Shown here: in pieces, positions 9,529-19,041 of the stretch
Layout of the letters: every line of letters starts with the position of its first letter
How positions within the stretch are numbered: the stretch's first letter is position 1
Source: a virus
Length of the DNA stretch: 64,000 nt
Strand: one strand, 5' to 3'
Virus record (IMG/VR): IMGVR_UViG_3300034523_000174
Location: 13,608-77,607 of that record
The notes under the pieces: model-generated
What the model was told of the DNA's origin: nothing
The model's database searches: none
Seen by the model: the letters and a program-made list of their open reading frames with translations, nothing else
Made by a program: the position numbers and the translations under genes

Positions 9529-11925
9529 ATGGCAGATCCAGTTCTTATTGAACCCACGTTAACCCAGGCCGGGCAGGCGGCGGCGTTCAATGCCGACAAC
9601 ACCGGCCTGGAACTCAAAATCACCCATGCTTCGTTCGGCCTGGCGCACTACGACCCGACTGGCGAGGAACGTGACCTGCTGGCTCCGGTTGGCAGTAAGG
9701 TTCCTCTCTCTGGCGGCAGTCGCCCGACGCCTTACCAGCTGCGCATGGTGGTGTCTTGGCGCGAAGACGTAGGCGAAGTGCCGGTAGGTGAAATCGGTTT
9801 CTGGTCCAATGACACCCTGGTGTTTATCTGGTCAAAGGCTGACGGCACCAATGCGTCCTACAAGACCGATGGCGTCACTTATGTGCTGTTCAATGACCTG
9901 ACCTTTGCTCAGGTTCCGGCAGGCAGCATCAACGTACAGGTAGACCCTAACGAAAGCGTGGCGCTGGCAGCTCTTGCAGCACACGAAGGGTCGGATAACG
10001 CCCACCCGCAATACCTGCTTCGCAAGGACGCATCCAAGGACGTAGCGTCGCTGTCGTGGCTTGGTCTGGCAGAGGGGGCCGAAAACGCCCTGGTACTCAC
10101 GCCAGTAGCGGCAGAAACGGTTATTACCACCTACTCGGCGGGTCAGAAGTTCACTTTCATGGCCACCGCAACTAACACGTCTGTCGTCACCGCCAATATT
10201 GATGGAGCTGGCGCGGTGGCGTTGAGAAAGGCAGTCGCGGGTGGCGTTGCAGCCCTTGAGGCTGGTGATATTAGTCCGGGGGTGATCTACGATCTGGTGT
10301 TTAACGGCACCTATTTTCAGCTGACTGGTGGCGGTCTGGGTGGCTCCAGCTCTGGCGGCGGCGGGGCTGGTGTAGGTGGCAGTTACACCAAGGACGTTGG
10401 CACAGTAAACACCTACAAGGGCACCTATCTGCCTGCCGTTACATCCTTGGTTGATGGCCTTGAGTTGGTTTTCCTGGCTAAAACAACCAACACCAACAAA
10501 AGCACCTTCTCGCCCAATTCCTTGGCAGCGAAACCTATTCTAGACCTTCGCTACGCCGAGCTTTCTGCTGGGAAAATCGGGGTAGGTGCTATCTGTACCG
10601 TGCGCTATCTGGCGAGCCTAGACTCTTGGGTTTTGACAGGCATTGCGGGGAGTGGCGTTCCATCCACGCTGGCCGCTTACGGCATCACCGATGCCTATAC
10701 GAAGGCCCAAGTGGATGCCGCTGTGGGTACTCAGGCGAAAGTGGTAGGAACGCCCGCTGTTACAGGCTCCAGCAGCGTTACCGCAGGTACTGTGGTTGCA
10801 CTTACTGCAACGGCAGCCAGCTTGCTGACGGGAGGCGCTATCGCAAGTTTCACCTGGACGCTGCCAGACGGCACTACGAGCACTGTGGCGGCAAGTAGCG
10901 GTAGCGCCTCAAAGTCGGTTACAGCTATCGGTAGCATTGGCTCCAACTACGCGGTGCAGGTTTACGCCATAGACACGGCGGGTAACAAGTCGGCGGTGAC
11001 TACCAAGCTGATTGCTATTACCAGCCACAACGCGCCAACCCCGCCAACGGTCATCACTACCGCTGGAACGATTTATCAAAACTCAACCGGCAACACGATC
11101 ACTATTAGCGGTTCGACAGCCTCTGATGGCGCAACGCTCACGTACACCATCAACCAATCGGGTGATGCGGCGCTGACCTTTAGCAAGACCAGCGGCATCG
11201 TGGCAGGCGAGTCGATAACTTTTTCAGCACCAGCGGTGGCGGCGGACACGGTTGTCACGCTAAGCGCCGTAGCTGTTGACTCGCTGGGAGGGCAAAGTAC
11301 CGCTAAGACGGCGGCTATCACCGTAGCCACCTACCCTACCGTCTTGGGTGTTCCTTTTGGTGGCGGGTATTACGCGGGCCGCATTAAAAACGGCACTGAT
11401 GTTTACCTTCTTATTGTCGCGCCTAAGGCTTCTGGCGAGACAACGCTTGCACTTAGAGACAGAGACGGTACAGGCATGCAGTACAGTGTCTGGGATGGTG
11501 CGAGTAACACCGCAAGTTTGTTGGCGGAATCAGCTGCATCAACAACCATGAAATCTCCAGCGGCTGAATTTTGCAAAGCCCTGAATATTGGCGGGTTTAC
11601 GGATTGGGCAATCCCAGCAGAAAACCAGCTTGACCTTATCTATCGTACATTTAAGCCGTACACGGGCACAAACAGTACGACCGAAGGTGCTAACGGCAAC
11701 CTTGATCCCGTACAACAGAACTACACGGCGGCGGCTCCTGCACAAACAGCCATTGCCGCGTTTAAATTGGGTGGCGCGGAGGCGTTTACCCTAGATCGGT
11801 ATTGGACATCTACATCGTATAACGGGAGTTACGGAAAGCCGATTGACTTCACAGATGGGTATCGCGCTATCTCAACCAAAACGACTCAGCGAAAGTTGCG
11901 CGCCGTCCGTATGGTGAAAATGTAA
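9529..11925 (+). CDS. Tail fibre / receptor-binding protein with C-terminal DUF1566 (Lcl/CLec-like) domain
   Basis: N-terminal collar (LTQAG, EIGF, HxxxxNAHPQY), duplicated central domain, Ig-like Thr/Ser repeats, C-terminal GGFTDWAIP...YWTST...RAVR. Confidence 0.8.
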   Translation: MADPVLIEPTLTQAGQAAAFNADNTGLELKITHASFGLAHYDPTGEERDLLAPVGSKVPLSGGSRPTPYQLRMVVSWREDVGEVPVGEIGFWSNDTLVFIWSKADGTNASYKTDGVTYVLFNDLTFAQVPAGSINVQVDPNESVALAALAAHEGSDNAHPQYLLRKDASKDVASLSWLGLAEGAENALVLTPVAAETVITTYSAGQKFTFMATATNTSVVTANIDGAGAVALRKAVAGGVAALEAGDISPGVIYDLVFNGTYFQLTGGGLGGSSSGGGGAGVGGSYTKDVGTVNTYKGTYLPAVTSLVDGLELVFLAKTTNTNKSTFSPNSLAAKPILDLRYAELSAGKIGVGAICTVRYLASLDSWVLTGIAGSGVPSTLAAYGITDAYTKAQVDAAVGTQAKVVGTPAVTGSSSVTAGTVVALTATAASLLTGGAIASFTWTLPDGTTSTVAASSGSASKSVTAIGSIGSNYAVQVYAIDTAGNKSAVTTKLIAITSHNAPTPPTVITTAGTIYQNSTGNTITISGSTASDGATLTYTINQSGDAALTFSKTSGIVAGESITFSAPAVAADTVVTLSAVAVDSLGGQSTAKTAAITVATYPTVLGVPFGGGYYAGRIKNGTDVYLLIVAPKASGETTLALRDRDGTGMQYSVWDGASNTASLLAESAASTTMKSPAAEFCKALNIGGFTDWAIPAENQLDLIYRTFKPYTGTNSTTEGANGNLDPVQQNYTAAAPAQTAIAAFKLGGAEAFTLDRYWTSTSYNGSYGKPIDFTDGYRAISTKTTQRKLRAVRMVKM

Positions 11926-11981
11926 AACCCCCTTAACTAAGGGGGCCTGGCACTGTGCCCCCGCTACAGCCAGGAGACGTT

Positions 11982-12608
11982 ATGCGTTATTTGGAATATA
12001 CCCATGTGGACTCGGTAACAGGCGTGCCGGTATCAATCGCTCGCGCCGTGAACGGGCCGAAAGAACCTTTAGTTGCCGGGTTGGAGTTTGTGTTCGCGCT
12101 GGAGTCTCTGTATCCAGCTCCCGCGCCTGCTTTATACGGAACAGCACCAGACGACTCAGCTATTACGGTAGCCGGTGTATTGCGTGAGCTGACTAAGGAA
12201 GAGTTTGATGCAGTTCAGGCTGCTGAGCTTACCAATCGAACTATCAAACGAAATAACGGGTGGATGACTCAGATTCAGAACGAGCGCTGGCTTCGTGAAG
12301 TGTCCGGCCTGATCTGGAGCGGCGTGTTCATCGACACTGATGAAAAGTCGCAACCCAAGATCCAGTCGGCGCGCTCAGCGGCTCAGGACGGCTTGCGGGT
12401 AGATGGCTCAGCCTGGAAGTGTGGCGACCCGCAGACGGGTGAAATCATCTACCGCGCCACCAGCAACGCTGAAATGATCGAGATTGGCAGCATGGCGTTC
12501 AACTACGTCCAGGGCTGCTACGACCGTGAAGGCGTGCTGATGACGGCGGTGAAGGACGGCACCTACACCGCTGACATGATCGATCTGGGCTGGCCTGCTC
12601 GGGTATAG
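11982..12608 (+). CDS. Tail fibre assembly-like protein (DUF4376-like C-terminus)
   Basis: RW.REVSG...IDTDEKSQ...WK...VQGCYDRE motif; follows the fibre gene. Confidence 0.65.
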   Translation: MRYLEYTHVDSVTGVPVSIARAVNGPKEPLVAGLEFVFALESLYPAPAPALYGTAPDDSAITVAGVLRELTKEEFDAVQAAELTNRTIKRNNGWMTQIQNERWLREVSGLIWSGVFIDTDEKSQPKIQSARSAAQDGLRVDGSAWKCGDPQTGEIIYRATSNAEMIEIGSMAFNYVQGCYDREGVLMTAVKDGTYTADMIDLGWPARV

Positions 12609-12627
12609 CGCCACCGGCCGAAACCAC

Positions 12628-12668
12628 GCAAACCGCCGCGCAATGTGGCGGTTTTTGTGGGGCACCAT
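12628..12668 (+). promoter_or_regulatory. Late promoter overlapping a terminator hairpin
   Basis: GCAAACCGCCGC-gcaat-GTGGCGGTTTTT, then CACCAT at +35. Confidence 0.7.
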
Positions 12669-12701
12669 TCACGGATAACCCCGTAGATTGAGCGCCCCAC
12701 T

Positions 12702-13484
12702 ATGCCCCGAACCCTCAATGGCAGTTTCGATCAGATCAAGATCGGATTTTCTCAGTACCTGAGCCGCTGGCGCGAGGGCGTCTATCCCGATTACGTCGAT
12801 ACCAAAGCGGTCCAGGCATTCCTAGACAAGCCATTCAGTCAGGCTGTGATATGGGCGGCGGCGCGAATGGTCGACGATGCAGAATCCATGCTCAAGGCGT
12901 ACCAGAAGAACGACAACGGTCCGCCAGGCAAGACCACGCTGTTTCCTGTCGTGTTGCTGGCGATGGACGATAACTTTGCGGGTACCGGCGCGGACTGGGG
13001 CGGCGATCACATTGCCCGAACGATGCAGCAGATCGAAGAGGGCGGATCCTGGTACGGCTATAAGCAGGTTATGCAGGATCGGCGCCTACAGATGGTGATC
13101 ATCGCCAGCGAGGCCGGTACAGCGCAGAGCCTGGCCGCGCAACTGTCGTCGTTCATCAAAGAACCGTCCAATCGTTATTTCGATGCCGTGTACGAGTTCG
13201 GCCAATACAAGGTGCCGATGCCGCAAACGCTGGAATCGGTGCGCATTGACTGGATGGACGTAAGGCCTGACGGGATCAAGAACATCAAGATCCTGGTAGC
13301 CGACTTAACGCTCAAGTGCTCGATTCCATACTTCGACGCACCTGGTGATGGCCAACCGAACGACGGCAGCACCAACAACCCACCAGGCTATCCGTCCATG
13401 CGTGAGGTGGCGCACACCGACAAGTTCAGTCACACCGGTTCAACGACTACAAATTCCGGCATCAAATGGGGAAAGCCTGAGTGA
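12702..13484 (+). CDS. Tail terminator-like protein (P1 gp24-like)
   Basis: 260 aa; synteny 24-6-5. Confidence 0.55.
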   Translation: MPRTLNGSFDQIKIGFSQYLSRWREGVYPDYVDTKAVQAFLDKPFSQAVIWAAARMVDDAESMLKAYQKNDNGPPGKTTLFPVVLLAMDDNFAGTGADWGGDHIARTMQQIEEGGSWYGYKQVMQDRRLQMVIIASEAGTAQSLAAQLSSFIKEPSNRYFDAVYEFGQYKVPMPQTLESVRIDWMDVRPDGIKNIKILVADLTLKCSIPYFDAPGDGQPNDGSTNNPPGYPSMREVAHTDKFSHTGSTTTNSGIKWGKPE

Positions 13485-14380
13485 ACGTCTACCTGAGCGA
13501 GAACGGCGATCAATTGCCGTCTGACGTGGTGCTTAAGTGGGTGGGCCGCTCCGACCTTACCCCGGTACCGCGCTCGATTGAGTTCACGGCAAAGCTGATC
13601 GATGGCGTACAGGAAAAGCTCAAGGTGGGCGCCTCGATCTGGTCAGGCCGCGAGAATCTGCGCTATGAGGTGGTCAAGACCGACCGGGCGCCACCGTTGG
13701 GCCAGGTGCAAGGCAAGAGTCAGCAGCAGGCCATGAAAGTCACGGCCTTGCTGCACCGCTGCGCCTCTGTGGCGCGTCCGTTGAATGGGGCGGTCATACT
13801 CTCCAATACCACGCTTGGGGCCATCTACCGGGCTTGTGGCGCCTTCATGCCGGTGGGGAGCGACTTCGCTGTGCCACGCTTTACCTGTTTCAAGGGAAAA
13901 GAACCAAGCTATGCGTTGGCGCAGGTGCTACAGGAGGAAGGCGCGGCGCTGGTGCTCAGGAATGGCAGTATCAGTGCCATGCGCCTGACCGACATGGCCA
14001 AACAGGCGCCGGTTTCCGATATCGGCCAGGTGGACAGCAGCGCCAAAATCGAAAGCGAATTCCTGCAACTGCAAGACATCCCGTCGTACTACTCAGTCGA
14101 CGATACCGCCGCGATTGTTACAGGGCAGATGGGCCAGGCGCGGCGGGTGGCGTTCCTTGCTCGGGCCGATTCGCGCCAGCTCAGGAACGTCAGCTGTGTG
14201 CTGGTGCGCAATAAGACGGTAGACAGCACCATTTGCCAGCAGATCCAAGCCGGTGATGTGCTGCGCGTATCGGGGGAAAACCTGATCGTGATCACCGCCG
14301 CCCACGCCTTTGAGAGCCTAGAGGGTGCGCAGGAAAGCCGCAGCCGCTTATGGCTCGGGAGTATCGTTAATGCCCAGTAA
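13481..14380 (+). CDS. Baseplate hub protein (P1 gp6-like)
   Basis: RSDLTPVP motif; precedes the spike gene. Confidence 0.6.
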   Translation: MNVYLSENGDQLPSDVVLKWVGRSDLTPVPRSIEFTAKLIDGVQEKLKVGASIWSGRENLRYEVVKTDRAPPLGQVQGKSQQQAMKVTALLHRCASVARPLNGAVILSNTTLGAIYRACGAFMPVGSDFAVPRFTCFKGKEPSYALAQVLQEEGAALVLRNGSISAMRLTDMAKQAPVSDIGQVDSSAKIESEFLQLQDIPSYYSVDDTAAIVTGQMGQARRVAFLARADSRQLRNVSCVLVRNKTVDSTICQQIQAGDVLRVSGENLIVITAAHAFESLEGAQESRSRLWLGSIVNAQ

Positions 14381-14903
14381 ATGGCCGGGAGTCATTGCCG
14401 AGGTGGATCGGGAGCGCCGAGAGATTCGCGTATCAATCCCGCCCTTCACCGACGGCGCCAGCGAGCTGCCTATCGCTGAAATCGAATACCCGATAGGCGA
14501 CGACTCGCAAAACACAGAGATACGCATGGTGGTGGGGCGCCCGGTGTGGATATCGTTCATCGCGGACGATCCGCGCCGCCCGATCATCACCGGCTTCCGT
14601 AACCCGAACACGGGCAATGAAGTGGGTACCAGGCGCTGGAATCACGACAACTTTGAATTCAATGCCGACAAGGTGTTTACCGTGAACGCTGGGGAGAAAA
14701 TCGCCTTGGTCGTGGGCGGTACATCGATTGTCCTGACAGCTGAGTCCATCGCGCAGATTGCTACGGCGCTGAGCATCAAGGCCACGACAACGATTGAAGG
14801 GGCGGTAACGCAGACCGGTGGCGATATCACCAGCGACGGCATTAGCCTTCAGCATCACAAGACGCCTACTGCGCCGCCTGGTCCGCTCAGCGAGCCAGTG
14901 TAG
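14370..14903 (+). CDS. Baseplate central spike (gpV/gp5-like)
   Basis: OB-fold N-terminus (VWISF..DDPRRPII), beta-helix, C-terminal GISLQHH. Confidence 0.75.
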   Translation: MPSKWPGVIAEVDRERREIRVSIPPFTDGASELPIAEIEYPIGDDSQNTEIRMVVGRPVWISFIADDPRRPIITGFRNPNTGNEVGTRRWNHDNFEFNADKVFTVNAGEKIALVVGGTSIVLTAESIAQIATALSIKATTTIEGAVTQTGGDITSDGISLQHHKTPTAPPGPLSEPV

Positions 14904-15098
14904 TAATGGCGGTGGGTGACGTCAGGTTGCCCGCTTTCTTGGCCGCAAAGCACCTGGAGCCCTTTATTTTCAAGTGGCTTGAGGTGACGTCAGTTGGCTC
15001 TCTTTGTACCTTGCTATCTAGGTACATCCCAACATGCCTACTGGTTCAAATGTACTCTTCTCAGTGAGTACAAATCCTGTCGCGGACCTTATTAGCCA

Positions 15099-16127
15099 TT
15101 ATTTCAGGTGGTCCAGTGACTTGCGGTAAACCATGCGTAGCTGTGGTCCGCGCTGGCCAGCCTCTTCGGATAGATCGTATTCCGGTACGTCGTTCTCCTT
15201 GATCACCTTGCGCAGGCTTCTGGAGAACTCTTTGAACGTGGTGTCGCTCCCGCTGCGCTGGTAGATCAGATCAAAACCCCAGGTGGACATGTCCTTGCCG
15301 GCGGTCTTGCGCGCCAGCCGGTAGATAAAGCGGCTGTAGCCCGATTCGCTCTCGAAATACTCAGGGTGTACCGCCAGGATGTCCGGTTTAACGTTGCCGG
15401 TAATCTCTTTATAGAGCCAGTCCGCCACCTTGAATTCGATGTATTCGATATTCCCATTTTTGGCGTTCGCGATGGTGCGGTAAGGCCCTATCAGGTTCTC
15501 GCCTTCGTCGGTGACCACCATCCGATCCTTGATCATCCGGGTGCGTTGGATCTTGACGTGCGTGGTGCTCAGTCGCTCAAGGGCACCAACCACCGCCGCG
15601 CGCTGATTGCCCCCTTCGGTCTTTTTGGTGAATTTGATCACGTCGCCTATGTGCGGGCGGAACACCTGCAAGGGCTTCTCCCCGTCGCCCTTGCGAAAGC
15701 GATTCATTGCCTCGGTCAGGTGTGAGGTGGCCATCAGCACCAGGTCATAATCGAACACCGAGGCCATTCCGTAGACGCCAGAAGAGACGATCACCTCACC
15801 ATCGGGCAGCTCGTAACGAATAACGTCGTTCTCGCGCTTTTTGGTTTTCGACAGGCGAAATGGGGCAACGTCCATCAGGCTGCGGATATCGCGCGTGCCT
15901 ATGTCGTAAATCATCGGCACGAAAAAATCAGGCTGCTGCGGTTCCTTGCTGGCGGCCTTTGTGGGTTTTGTCACCGCCTTGGCTTTAGGGACTTTTGCCC
16001 TGCCCGGTTGCGGTTCGGTGCCGCCAAGGAGGTCGCCCTGGCGGTCTGACTTCTTCCGGCTCTTGATGGTATCAAGGCGCCGATTGTGTTGATTGACAGG
16101 TTCCGCAGGGCTCTTATTGGCTGACAT
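15099..16127 (-). CDS. repA: Plasmid replication initiator (RPA family)
   Basis: PFRLSK, GMASVFDYDLV and RFIYRLARK motifs; adjacent iterons. Confidence 0.85.
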   Translation of the reverse strand: MSANKSPAEPVNQHNRRLDTIKSRKKSDRQGDLLGGTEPQPGRAKVPKAKAVTKPTKAASKEPQQPDFFVPMIYDIGTRDIRSLMDVAPFRLSKTKKRENDVIRYELPDGEVIVSSGVYGMASVFDYDLVLMATSHLTEAMNRFRKGDGEKPLQVFRPHIGDVIKFTKKTEGGNQRAAVVGALERLSTTHVKIQRTRMIKDRMVVTDEGENLIGPYRTIANAKNGNIEYIEFKVADWLYKEITGNVKPDILAVHPEYFESESGYSRFIYRLARKTAGKDMSTWGFDLIYQRSGSDTTFKEFSRSLRKVIKENDVPEYDLSEEAGQRGPQLRMVYRKSLDHLK

Positions 16128-16166
16128 GATCGCTTCCGTAGCTACTTGTGGTGAAGAGAGTTAATG

Positions 16167-16480
16167 GGTGGGTGAATTACAAAACGTTACAGGTGAAAAC
16201 CCTATAAGCCTCGACAGGAGCGCTCTACAAGGCGAAAAAAGTGGTCAACCGATCGGTTTTTTGTAATTCACCCACCGAAACACGCCTTTTTTGTAATTCA
16301 CCCACCAAAGTATGTAATTCACCCACCTTTCTTTGTAATTCACCCACCGATTGTTGTAATTCACCCACCCATCCACAGGGTTGTTAGGGTGGTCTAGACC
16401 AAGTGGGGCGCGGTCTGTAGCGCTTATCCACAATGGCCAAAACATAGATATAAAACCTTTTTAAAACTCTTAATCTTATA
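16167..16480. repeat. Iteron origin of replication (oriV)
   Basis: TGTAATTCACCCACC at 16262, 16292, 16313, 16334 and 16355 (21-bp period for the last four), inverted copy at 16167-16181, DnaA box TTATCCACA at 16424-16432, AT-rich tract 16439-16480. Confidence 0.9.
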
Positions 16481-16511
16481 GAGGGGTACTTTCCCCTTCC
16501 GTGGCGCGCTG

Positions 16512-16796
16512 TCAGGCGGCGCGCAACCGAGCAATCGCCGGCACTTCTTTGTGTTGGGCTTGCCATAGGTCGTAAGCCGACTGGCGCCCGAGCCAAATAT
16601 GAGCTTTGCCCAGCCCCGCCAGCTCTAGGCGCCAAGCGAGGTCGGCGCTGATCGCAGAGCGGCAGTGCAACACGCTGGACAGCTGCACCCTGGAATAGCC
16701 GAGGTGTTTAGCCAGTGCGGTAACGGTCATCTTGATTTCTGGCAGCACGTCTTTGCGCAGCCCCTCGCCCGGATGGGGAGGATTGTGCATGGTCAT
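16512..16796 (-). CDS. higA: HigA-family antitoxin / XRE regulator (orphan)
   Basis: MHNPPHPGE...ISADLAWRL...WLGRQSAYDLWQA. Confidence 0.85.
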   Translation of the reverse strand: MTMHNPPHPGEGLRKDVLPEIKMTVTALAKHLGYSRVQLSSVLHCRSAISADLAWRLELAGLGKAHIWLGRQSAYDLWQAQHKEVPAIARLRAA

Positions 16797-16827
16797 TTGC
16801 CGTGTTCCTTTCGAATATGACGGACTT

Positions 16828-16883
16828 ACTGTAAAGCCAGGCTTTACACTTCGCAAGCATTTTGTGTATGGCCATGCTTTACA
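16828..16883 (-). promoter_or_regulatory. higA promoter with two 19-bp operator palindromes
   Basis: TTGCGA-N17-TACAGT on the minus strand; TGTAAAGCC-A-GGCTTTACA (16830-16848) and TGTATGGCC-A-TGCTTTACA (16865-16883). Confidence 0.7.
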
Positions 16884-16914
16884 CTAAACAATAGGTTTCC
16901 AGCCCTCTGGAGGC

Positions 16915-16955
16915 GCAAAGCGCGCCGGGGCTACGTCCATTTATCCCCTCACAAT
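16915..16955 (+). promoter_or_regulatory. Putative late promoter
   Basis: GCAAAGC at 16915, CACAAT at 16950. Confidence 0.65.
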
Positions 16956-16987
16956 GTCCCCAGTAAATCCAATCCATGGGGGCAGTC

Positions 16988-18157
16988 ATGCCAGCAACGA
17001 ACACGCTCGATTTTTCCAATGCCCAGGCCGCTGCCAAGGCGCTCAAGAAAGTAAGTCAGATCATGATCCGCGCGGGCCAGCCCGTGGTTACGTCTGAATT
17101 CAATCCGTCCCCGAAACGCACCTCCGGCGTCACCTATCGCGAAGCCTCGTTAACCGTGGCCAGTGGGCAGGTGGTCGTTCTGCGTGTGAATGCCACCGGC
17201 GACATCTTCCAAGTACTGATCAACAAGTCAGTGACGCCACTCAAAAATCAGACTGATTCGGAAAAGGCCGTAAAGGAAATTGCCGGGTTGCTGGAAAGTG
17301 GGCAGGTGGCATTCCAGAAGGCCCAGGCCCGCAAGGCGATTGCCCTTCCCAAGGGGATGAGCACGCCGGCGCCGAAACAGGCGGCGGTGTATGCCGAGCG
17401 TGTGGCGCAGCTCGATACACAGATTGCCGAACGCCAAGCGACCGTAGCGGGCCTACAGCAGCAGTTGGGGGCAATGACCGACAGCCTTGAGCCAAGTGCG
17501 CTGGATAATTTCGCCAAAGAAGTGTTGGCGCAGTTGCAAGCCGGTGCAGTCGAGGACGGTGATCTGATCAGCAAGCAGGGCCGTGACGATCTGGTCGCCG
17601 CAAAGCTGGCGGCTCGCGATGATGGCGCCAACTGGCTTACCGATGAAGGTAAGAAACTTGCCGGCGCGCTGTTGGATGGTATCGATCAGCCTCTTCACGA
17701 AGCGTTGACGGTTTCAGGCGCCTACGTGGCTGCGCGGGAGATTGTCCTGGCTGATCCGGCGATGATGGATAGCGTGGCCACCGCTGGCGCAATCGAACAG
17801 CTCAGGCAGGCGCTCAGAGTGGTCGAGACGAATGCGCCGATCAATGAGGCCGAGGGCAATCATGATCAAGCGGCCCTTGAGCGCAGCCTGGCCAAATCCT
17901 TTATCACTGCGATTGCCATGCTCGACAGCATGAGCCCCGACCTCGGTGATTCGGGGCTTTCCGAGCTGGTGAACATCGCCATTGTGTCGGCGGCGGACGT
18001 GAGCGACATCAAGGATGAGGACGCATTGGCGCAGTTGTTGGCACTGGGCCTGGTGGAGACGGCCGAGGGACTTTACATGTTGACCAGTGAGGGCCGCAGC
18101 GCCCTGGAAGACGCTGGCTTTGACGCCTACGGCGAGCCCTTTGCCGCGAACGATTAA
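16988..18157 (+). CDS. Hdf-like protein (DarA N-terminal domain), putative head-associated anti-restriction component
   Basis: KRTSGV...SGQ.V.LRV..TGDIFQVLIN resembles DarA_N/Hdf; several (M/L)(L/M/T)D(S/G) motifs; alternative start at 16976. Confidence 0.65.
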   Translation: MPATNTLDFSNAQAAAKALKKVSQIMIRAGQPVVTSEFNPSPKRTSGVTYREASLTVASGQVVVLRVNATGDIFQVLINKSVTPLKNQTDSEKAVKEIAGLLESGQVAFQKAQARKAIALPKGMSTPAPKQAAVYAERVAQLDTQIAERQATVAGLQQQLGAMTDSLEPSALDNFAKEVLAQLQAGAVEDGDLISKQGRDDLVAAKLAARDDGANWLTDEGKKLAGALLDGIDQPLHEALTVSGAYVAAREIVLADPAMMDSVATAGAIEQLRQALRVVETNAPINEAEGNHDQAALERSLAKSFITAIAMLDSMSPDLGDSGLSELVNIAIVSAADVSDIKDEDALAQLLALGLVETAEGLYMLTSEGRSALEDAGFDAYGEPFAAND

Positions 18158-18636
18158 ATCGACGTGATTTGATACAGGCGGGCGATATCGTCAGTCATAC
18201 GCCCCAGTGACTCAATGCCGCGTTGGCGTGACATGAAGTGCGCCAGCGCCAGCACCGCCACCTCTGCGTTGCTGATATCGGCCGCCAGGCGGTATTTCTG
18301 TCCATGAGTGTCTACGCCATCTGATTCGATCCGTGGGCGCCAACGCGCTACATCGTCTGCCAGCTGAATGGTGGCCATGCCTTCGGCTTCCTTGTACGCG
18401 GTGATCGCATCTGCCAGGTGTTCCTCCTTGAACAGGCAGTCGTAATTTTGTAGGCGAAGGTTCGTCACAAACGCAAAGCCCTCGTCTGCAATCTCCCTAT
18501 ACGTGATCCGGTCCAATACCGTCAGCGTCCCCAATGCGTTGCTTTTGAACGCCATGAGCGTGACAGGCTCAGCCCCTGCGCCACCATAACCGCCTATGGA
18601 AACCATAATCTTCATACCAGCCGGCGCTTCTGACAT
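18154..18636 (-). CDS. Hypothetical protein
   Basis: 160 aa ORF with GGAG SD. Confidence 0.6.
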   Translation of the reverse strand: MSEAPAGMKIMVSIGGYGGAGAEPVTLMAFKSNALGTLTVLDRITYREIADEGFAFVTNLRLQNYDCLFKEEHLADAITAYKEAEGMATIQLADDVARWRPRIESDGVDTHGQKYRLAADISNAEVAVLALAHFMSRQRGIESLGRMTDDIARLYQITSI

Positions 18637-18750
18637 TGCCTATCTCCGAATAAATACATAAATTTGATGTTGTGTGTTTACACATTAAACAATCAAATGA
18701 TAATGTCCTTTTCGTCGAAGGTTACGACAGACACGAAAAGGAAAAGAGTG

Positions 18751-18984
18751 ATGAGAGCGCAAGAGCTTAAGCGGTTAAGGCGGTACATCTGGATGGGCGG
18801 TTTGCTCATGGCTGTGCTTTATCTCCTGGTGGTTGCAGGGCTTGGTGGTAGCGATTACGACCAAGCCGTAGCGGATCATGCGTGGAAGTGCCAAATGATC
18901 AATGAGGGCGTTTGGCCCCATGATCCGGCCATTCATTGCCCGATACCGCTTGAGACTCTGGCGCTCAATACCGTTAGCCGGTAA
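18751..18984 (+). CDS. Small single-TM membrane protein
   Basis: Basic N-terminus and hydrophobic helix; own AT-rich promoter region and terminator. Confidence 0.6.
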   Translation: MRAQELKRLRRYIWMGGLLMAVLYLLVVAGLGGSDYDQAVADHAWKCQMINEGVWPHDPAIHCPIPLETLALNTVSR

Positions 18985-19001
18985 CGCCATAATCTGCCGG
19001 A

Positions 19002-19024
19002 AGCCCCGCAAGCCGGGGCTTTTT
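19002..19024 (+). terminator. Intrinsic terminator
   Basis: AGCCCC-N7-GGGGCT-TTTT. Confidence 0.75.
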
Positions 19025-19041
19025 CACATCTATCGTTACAA

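Noticed and set aside
11790-12700. Complete diversity-generating retroelement
   Set aside because: No reverse transcriptase, avd or template repeat seen in the window.
16262-16369. Direct repeats as a CRISPR array
   Set aside because: 15-bp repeats with 6-15 nt spacers next to repA and a DnaA box; no cas genes. These are iterons.
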